64,000 nucleotides of DNA from a virus: IMG/VR virus record IMGVR_UViG_3300042453_002354, positions 64,001-128,000 of that record; one strand, 5' to 3'. Shown here one piece after another: positions 58,394 through 64,000 of the stretch. The position numbers and the translations under genes are program-made. The notes beneath the pieces were generated by a model. The model was not told the DNA's origin. It saw only the letters and a list, made by a program, of their open reading frames with translations, and searched no databases. Within the stretch, counting starts at the first letter, position 1, and each line of letters opens with the position of its first letter.

Positions 58394-59518
58394 CTATCTA
58401 AAAGTTCCGTGTCGAAATGCTGGATTTACTTTGCCATAAATTTTACCATCAGAACCTCTTAATTTACAAACTCCCGTATTTTGGTCTTTTATTGCTTCTT
58501 GAGATAATTTATATCCAAATTGATTAAAATAATATCTCCATCTTCCGTCAACGAATGCCAAAGGTGAACTAGATCTGGCAATAACCTTTCCGCTTTTTGT
58601 TACTAACTCAAAATACTTTAATCTGACTGGTGCAATTAGAACCGGCTTATATGCTCTTGGTTCTGGTGGTGTATAGTGTCTGTCTGAATGTGATTTCCAC
58701 AACCAATTTGTAGGTAACGATATTCCTTTGCCAGAATCGTTGCGTAAATATTTAATAGATTCTATCAAACTTTTCGTCGGCCACGATCTTCTTTGTGGTC
58801 TCGGCGTTTCATCTGTGACCTTCAATCTGCCATTCATTGCTGGATGCCAAAGAAAAAAGATCTCAGCACCTTTTAATGACTCCTTTCTAGTTTGTACATC
58901 ATCATCAACGGAACTACTACCATCGTGCGAAAAAAGATATGCACCTCTTCTTGGACTTGCTTTTGATCCGTGTACTTCATTGACTATTCTATCGCCCGTT
59001 ATGAACGAACCAAAAGGAACCCAAGGATTGTTTACATAGAAACAATTATCACGTTTTGGCAAAACTTTTAAAACTTCATCCGCCAGTTCTTTTGCAAGTT
59101 CTTTATTGAGAACGTGTTCAGTGGCGCCAGAAAAATACCATATGACATTTTTATATCTTTTAGGAAATTCAGCAAATCTTTTTGCTTCTGCTATAATTTT
59201 AGGAAAATCATTTCTAGTAAAATTGTGATCGTCTCTCCAAGCCAAGTTCAGTCTTATAGCCGGAGTTCTTCCTCTTCTAGCAAGGTGTTTTATGACATTT
59301 GTTGGATCATCAAATAAATCCTTTTGTGTAAAAAAACCGGCGGCCCAACCACGAGGATGTGAATCTATTATAACTTGTGGATACTTACCGCCACCAAGAT
59401 AATCCATACCGAATAGTCTTGGTCTTTTGACTTCTGGTGTTAGCGCAACAGATTGAAATTGGAATGGTAGGCATAATAAAAGCAATACGACTAATACCTT
59501 GATTCTATGAAAATTCAT
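58394..59518 (-). CDS. Secreted hypothetical protein: possible TIM-barrel domain plus C-terminal LWKxxSD domain
   Basis: Signal peptide MNFHRIKVLVVLLLLCLPFQFQSVA; alternating beta/alpha pattern; C-terminal WLWKSHSD...DGRWRYYF. Confidence 0.65.
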   Translation of the reverse strand: MNFHRIKVLVVLLLLCLPFQFQSVALTPEVKRPRLFGMDYLGGGKYPQVIIDSHPRGWAAGFFTQKDLFDDPTNVIKHLARRGRTPAIRLNLAWRDDHNFTRNDFPKIIAEAKRFAEFPKRYKNVIWYFSGATEHVLNKELAKELADEVLKVLPKRDNCFYVNNPWVPFGSFITGDRIVNEVHGSKASPRRGAYLFSHDGSSSVDDDVQTRKESLKGAEIFFLWHPAMNGRLKVTDETPRPQRRSWPTKSLIESIKYLRNDSGKGISLPTNWLWKSHSDRHYTPPEPRAYKPVLIAPVRLKYFELVTKSGKVIARSSSPLAFVDGRWRYYFNQFGYKLSQEAIKDQNTGVCKLRGSDGKIYGKVNPAFRHGTFR

Positions 59519-59644
59519 TTTGAGTATGAACACCTCTCGATTTAGTATACTCGGTGTATTTTTATTTATGTCGATTCGCAAAATCCAAAATAATAAATAG
59601 TATGTAATTAAAAATGAATATTGTGATCATTCCAAGAATAGAAA

Positions 59645-60937
59645 ATGGCACAATACAGCAAGAGAACAAATAATTACCTAACACACGCAAAAACATTGTT
59701 TGAAGTTGTGATGATTGCCGACCAAAATGGCAATCCAACTTCCGTCAATAACCCTACGGGCACTGCCGTAGATGCATTTGGCAGAATGCGTGTATCAAAT
59801 CCTGTCACACTATTCGATAGTTTTAACAGATATCAAATCAATTCTCATTTCTCCACTTTAACGTCAGTTTCTGGTGGTTCAATTTCTTATAATGAATTTG
59901 ATAGCTCAATTTTATTAAATGTAGACACATCTTCAGGTTCTTTTGTAAAAAGAGAGACGACAAGAGTATTTGCATATCAACCAGGTAAGTCATTACAAAT
60001 TTTAGCAACATTTTGTTTTGATGTGGCACAAAGTGGACTCAGACAAAGAGTTGGATACTTTAATGATAATAACGGAGTTTTCTTAGAGCAAGATAATAGC
60101 GTAATTAGTTTTGTGATAAGATCTAGCGTATCCGGTTCTGTGAGCGATCTGAATCGTGTTGCTAAAACCGATTGGAATATAGACAAATTAGACGGTACTG
60201 GACCATCCGGAAAAACTTTAGATTTAACCACAGCACAAATATTTTGGACAGATATTGAATGGTTGGGTGTCGGATCTGTTCGTTGTGGTTTTGTAATAGA
60301 TGGGCAATTCGTACACTGTCATACATTTCATCACGCAAATCATATAGAAAGCACCTATATGACAACAGCTTGCTTGCCAATAAGATATGAAATACAAAAC
60401 ACGGCAAACACTTCGGTATCAAGCTCGTTAAGACAAATTTGCTGTAGTGTGATATCTGAAGGTGGTTATGAACTGAGAGGAAGAAATAAAAGCGCAGGAA
60501 GTTCCTCTTTAATAAATTTACCAACAGCAGGAACGTTTTACAATTTAATGTCAATAAGATTGAAAGTAGATAGATTGGATGCTATCGTAGTGCCAAAAAA
60601 CATAAGCGTTTTTGGCAAAGGTAATAATACCAGAATACATTGGAAAATATTATCAGGTGGTACGATTACTGGTGGATCTTGGAATTCTGCTGGTAGCGAT
60701 TCTGCCGTTGAGTATAACAACACGGGTACTCTAACTGGTGGTTCGTCTTTAGTCGAAGGTTATATTGGCATAGATGCACAAAGCTCACAAACCGCCAGTT
60801 TAGATTCAGGAATGTTCAAATTTCAATTAGAAAGAAATGGATTAACAGGCCAGTCTGTAATTTTTACTCTAGCCGCAACGGGTGGAGTGGATGACGACAA
60901 AGCACTGGGTGCAATGGTTTGGGAAGAAATAACATAA
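59645..60937 (+). CDS. Putative virion structural protein (beta-rich)
   Basis: DAFGR.RVS.P.TLFDS, YQPGKS, RVGYF, WN.DKLDG.G.SG..LD and EWLGVG.VR.GF, a family common in aquatic T4-like phages; AATAAATA late-like box at 59592-59599. Confidence 0.75.
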   Translation: MAQYSKRTNNYLTHAKTLFEVVMIADQNGNPTSVNNPTGTAVDAFGRMRVSNPVTLFDSFNRYQINSHFSTLTSVSGGSISYNEFDSSILLNVDTSSGSFVKRETTRVFAYQPGKSLQILATFCFDVAQSGLRQRVGYFNDNNGVFLEQDNSVISFVIRSSVSGSVSDLNRVAKTDWNIDKLDGTGPSGKTLDLTTAQIFWTDIEWLGVGSVRCGFVIDGQFVHCHTFHHANHIESTYMTTACLPIRYEIQNTANTSVSSSLRQICCSVISEGGYELRGRNKSAGSSSLINLPTAGTFYNLMSIRLKVDRLDAIVVPKNISVFGKGNNTRIHWKILSGGTITGGSWNSAGSDSAVEYNNTGTLTGGSSLVEGYIGIDAQSSQTASLDSGMFKFQLERNGLTGQSVIFTLAATGGVDDDKALGAMVWEEIT

Positions 60938-60974
60938 GTTTAAAACACACACATACAAAAAAAAAGGAAGAAAA

Positions 60975-62036
60975 ATGACAGACTTTTTACCCCCAATTGA
61001 AATATTCGAGGATGTTGCCGCAGTTTATTCCAATGGACGACCTGGCAGTATCGATCCATCAGTTCCAACGAGAAATGGTTGGTATTTTAGAAATGCATTA
61101 GCAGGACAAAAAATAAATTGGTATTTCTTTGATGGATATGTTAATAACATTACTGTGCAAAATTTCTCTGCATACGCCGTAGTTACTCTAGATTCTACTG
61201 TATCTAAACCGTATCTAGCCGTTTATACCAAACCAACAGGATCTGGGGATTTTGCGCCTTGGTATAAATCTAGCAAAGTGTTTTTGATGTCTTCTGGTGT
61301 TGTTGGTACAAAATATTTGGTATATTTTGGACAAGATCCACAAGTTCATCTAGATTTACCTAGAATTCAACTAACACCTGGATTGACAAATGGTTCGTTT
61401 GGCAATAGTGAAGAAATATTAACCATTGCATTCAGCACCGACTCGGGTGCGGCTGTAAATTCAGTTAAATTGTTGACAGAAAGTTTAGGAATTAATGCCA
61501 CAACATTCAAGCAAGAATACGAACTTGAAATAAGAAATCCAGCAGGACTTTGGAGTTTGAATAATCCTCCTTTATGGCCAAAGAAGTGTAAAGAATATAA
61601 AAACGATTCTATAGTACTGACTCAATCCGGATGGACCGTTTTGAGAACAGGCGAAGTTCTAGTCGCAATGGGCGGAAGACTGATCGATGCAGGAGTGTCG
61701 GATGTTGTTGATATTAAATTTACAGAAGAATCATATGAAAGGGGCGATCCTTTAACCGTTAAAGTTGTATTCAACGAAAAGGTTGATGTCACGGCCGGTG
61801 CTACGGTATCAGTTTCTTGGACTGGTGGTAATTTTAACTGCTCAGTTCCTTCAAACTTGACCGGAGTATATGAAGTTTTATTTCAGGGTGTAGTTCCTTC
61901 TGCCGCTGGTACGTTGAGTTTGTCACCTGAAACAAAAATTACGGGAACTATTAGAGATACTGGTACAGTAAATGCATCGAACTTGAACGTTCCTGTATTC
62001 TTGAATCCGTTCTTTAAATCTGCAACGGTTGCATAA
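60975..62036 (+). CDS. Putative virion protein, two-domain fusion
   Basis: C-terminal half LW...P.....T.SGW....EVLVA.GG...LTV.V.FNEKVDV resembles stand-alone T4-like structural proteins with an Ig-like domain. Confidence 0.6.
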   Translation: MTDFLPPIEIFEDVAAVYSNGRPGSIDPSVPTRNGWYFRNALAGQKINWYFFDGYVNNITVQNFSAYAVVTLDSTVSKPYLAVYTKPTGSGDFAPWYKSSKVFLMSSGVVGTKYLVYFGQDPQVHLDLPRIQLTPGLTNGSFGNSEEILTIAFSTDSGAAVNSVKLLTESLGINATTFKQEYELEIRNPAGLWSLNNPPLWPKKCKEYKNDSIVLTQSGWTVLRTGEVLVAMGGRLIDAGVSDVVDIKFTEESYERGDPLTVKVVFNEKVDVTAGATVSVSWTGGNFNCSVPSNLTGVYEVLFQGVVPSAAGTLSLSPETKITGTIRDTGTVNASNLNVPVFLNPFFKSATVA

Positions 62037-62052
62037 TTACTGCAATGAATTG

Positions 62053-62126
62053 TGGAGCCCTCACCTAGAATCGAACTAGGAATTGATGATTACAAATCAA
62101 CTGTTATACCTTTTAACTATAAGGGC
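62053..62126 (-). tRNA. tRNA-Thr(UGU), CCA encoded
   Basis: Cloverleaf GCCCTTA-TA-GTTA-AAAGGTA-TAAC-A-GTTGA-TTTGTAA-TCATC-AATT-CCTAG-TTCGATT-CTAGG-TGAGGGC-T-CCA, 74 nt, one mismatch in the anticodon stem. Confidence 0.93.
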
Positions 62127-62127
62127 G

Positions 62128-62158
62128 AAGGTGCTAGATTGAATAAATCTAGCACCTT
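62128..62158. terminator. Perfect 13-bp hairpin, probably the terminator for plus-strand transcription
   Basis: AAGGTGCTAGATT-gaata-AATCTAGCACCTT; a T-rich tail follows only on the plus strand. Confidence 0.65.
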
Positions 62159-62170
62159 TATTAATTTATA

Positions 62171-62941
62171 TCAAGAATTATTTTTAATAGTTTCAAGAAT
62201 CCAATTTCTACCGGCGGGTACACTAGCATAAACGCCAGGATAAACACTACTTGCACACTCAAATCCCCACGATGTAATACCGTAGAGAACCCTTCGGTTC
62301 AATGAGGTAATTGGTCCACCACTGTCACCATTACAAGTATCACCACCATCCAGCACTTCATTAGACGAAGACAATTTGGCCCCACAAATCATTGTTTTGT
62401 CGTCAAATTGATCACCCAAAACAGTACTGCATTGACTCTGTTGCCAAATTGGAAACTTTAACTCTTTCAATTGAGATGATATTGCACCCGATTCGGTAAT
62501 ACCCCAACCAAAAGCTCTATGACTTCCCACGACATTCTTTGTTGCCAGTTTTGGATACAATCTTGATTTTAATTTTCTCTTTAATTTAAAGAGTGCCCAG
62601 TCCCGTTTATATGTAAAACCACTCCAATTATCAAAAAATACAGATTCTACTCCGGATCTTGCCTTTGGATGAGAAAGACTCTTACCACCAACACCTACCT
62701 TGAAGAAAGATAGGTCATAATTCCTTGTCAATTCAGCACAGTGTGCCGCCGTCAGCACCCAACCAGGTCTGATGAGCGTTCCACCACAAAAGAATTCACC
62801 ATCGAGGTATAGTGCAGTCATATATGGTACAGCACGATTGACCGTTATACCATTAATAATTCTTTCAGTAGTTTGTGCGTGTGACTTTACACACACAAAC
62901 AAAGATAATGCCAATAGTCCAATTTTTGTTTTAATTTTCAT
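62171..62941 (-). CDS. Secreted trypsin-like serine protease (S1A)
   Basis: Signal peptide, R|IING activation site, CGGTLI...WVLTAAHC, DWAL, DTCNGDSGGP, GITSWG..C and PGVY. Confidence 0.95.
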   Translation of the reverse strand: MKIKTKIGLLALSLFVCVKSHAQTTERIINGITVNRAVPYMTALYLDGEFFCGGTLIRPGWVLTAAHCAELTRNYDLSFFKVGVGGKSLSHPKARSGVESVFFDNWSGFTYKRDWALFKLKRKLKSRLYPKLATKNVVGSHRAFGWGITESGAISSQLKELKFPIWQQSQCSTVLGDQFDDKTMICGAKLSSSNEVLDGGDTCNGDSGGPITSLNRRVLYGITSWGFECASSVYPGVYASVPAGRNWILETIKNNS

Positions 62942-62955
62942 ATATTCTCACAGTT

Positions 62956-63051
62956 TTATTTCATTTCATCAAATTCATCCAAGATCATTTGCACTAGAAT
63001 GACCACGAAAATGATAATCGCAAATACAAGTATAAAGTAAAGTTCCATCAT
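62956..63051 (-). CDS. 31-aa single-TM peptide (not in ORF track)
   Basis: MMELYFILVFAIIIFVVILVQMILDEFDEMK fills the gap between the ATPase and trypsin genes. Confidence 0.45.
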   Translation of the reverse strand: MMELYFILVFAIIIFVVILVQMILDEFDEMK

Positions 63052-63053
63052 AG

Positions 63054-63941
63054 TTAAAACAGTTCAATTTCAGTGTCTTCTTTTTTCAATTCTTCTATAT
63101 CGGTTTGTCCATCTAAGATTTTTATCTCCTCTAGATTATACATTTTATCCCACAGTGTGTAAAAGGTTTCTTGGGTAGACTTATCGAATCGACTTAAACA
63201 TAGTTTTACTGAATCATTAATATTTCCTATAATGTTATTGGTTTGTAATATATGAACCAAACGACGAGTGGTTACTACTTCATTCGATCCACCATCATCA
63301 AATGTATCACGAATTGATTCCGACCACGAGAGTAGAGTATTGACAATTTTTTCATCGCCTCTAGTCATTATCTTGGTAAGAATCTTTTTCTCATTCGCTT
63401 TACTTGGATATTTTTGTTCCAGTGTGATTGCAAACCTTTCCAGAAATGCTTCATTCAAAAAGTTAGTACCGATAAACTTACCAGTTTCATCACCTTGACC
63501 TTTCGTATTGGCGGTAGCGATTATGGTAAAGCCAGGTGCTGGCGTTACGACCTCATTTATTTTCTTTATGTACAACGAATTACCTTCAAGTACAGGTTGT
63601 AGACACATAATTCTGTTAGATGCCAAATCAACCTCGTCTAGCAAAAGAACAGCACCTTCCCGCATTGCTTCAACGACCGGACCATAATGCCATACGGTGT
63701 CGCCATCCTTTAATCTAAAACCACCGATCAAATCATCTTCATCCGTTTCAATGGTTACGTTTATTCTGATCAATTTTCTTTTCAGATCGGCGCATACTTG
63801 TTCTACCATCATAGTTTTACCGTTACCGGACAAACCAGTAATAAAGACAGGAAAGAAATTTTGACTACCAACAATCTGTGAAAGTAGATTATGATGACCC
63901 CATTTTACATAGTTGTTATTTTTGGCCGGTACAATTGACAT
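63054..63941 (-). CDS. MoxR/CobS-like AAA+ ATPase
   Basis: FITGLSGNGKT, RINVTIETDEDDLIGGFRL, LLLDE.DL, ATANTKG.G and LNEAFLERF; likely start MSIVP. Confidence 0.92.
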   Translation of the reverse strand: MSIVPAKNNNYVKWGHHNLLSQIVGSQNFFPVFITGLSGNGKTMMVEQVCADLKRKLIRINVTIETDEDDLIGGFRLKDGDTVWHYGPVVEAMREGAVLLLDEVDLASNRIMCLQPVLEGNSLYIKKINEVVTPAPGFTIIATANTKGQGDETGKFIGTNFLNEAFLERFAITLEQKYPSKANEKKILTKIMTRGDEKIVNTLLSWSESIRDTFDDGGSNEVVTTRRLVHILQTNNIIGNINDSVKLCLSRFDKSTQETFYTLWDKMYNLEEIKILDGQTDIEELKKEDTEIELF

Positions 63942-64000
63942 AACAATGATCTCCAAGATAAACAATTTTTCTATAATTAAATTATCACACAATCAAACTA

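Noticed and set aside
62053-62126. tRNA as a prophage attachment site
   Set aside because: No integrase or duplicated tRNA 3' end was seen, and phage genes continue on both sides.
63054-63941. CobS as a cobalamin-synthesis auxiliary gene
   Set aside because: This MoxR-type ATPase is a routine gene of T4-like phages, and no other cob genes are present.
1-64000. Stop-codon reassignment, introns or inteins in core genes
   Set aside because: Core genes (gp17, gp18, gp20, gp23, uvsW) are full length in the standard code, TAA, TAG and TGA all end genes, and I saw no intein or homing-endonuclease motifs.

Overview
This 64 kb window is AT-rich (roughly one third GC by eye) and comes from a large T4-like myophage of the environmental, cyanophage/pelagiphage-style branch. 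Almost all genes lie on the minus strand. Reading in transcription order (high to low coordinates): a MoxR/CobS-type AAA ATPase, a secreted trypsin and tRNA-Thr(UGU); two plus-strand virion-type genes; a sigma70-driven cluster of small ORFs including uracil-DNA glycosylase; the baseplate (gp5, gp25, gp6, a gp7-like protein fused to RCC1 repeats, gp8, a 2476-aa VrlC-like protein); five fibre genes; neck, terminase, tail and head genes (gp13-gp23, gp3); uvsY, uvsW, gp55 and the start of gp47. I found no CRISPR array, integrase, intron, intein or recoding signal. Most notable observations: (1) one unannotated domain, L[WY]K[PS]x[SA]D...GRxx[YF], appears in three unrelated genes, including the C-terminus of a lysozyme-less gp5; (2) a fibre module inserted between gp21 and gp22 whose repeat motif recurs in gp7 as the spacer between RCC1 propellers; (3) an orphan MqsA-type toxin-binding domain with no HTH, a candidate anti-toxin-antitoxin protein; (4) an intergenic cluster of strand-specific G.A-paired cGAAg hairpins with 16-bp direct repeats, a candidate origin; (5) three signal-peptide-bearing hydrolase-type genes. 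All family assignments come from motif recognition, not database searches.
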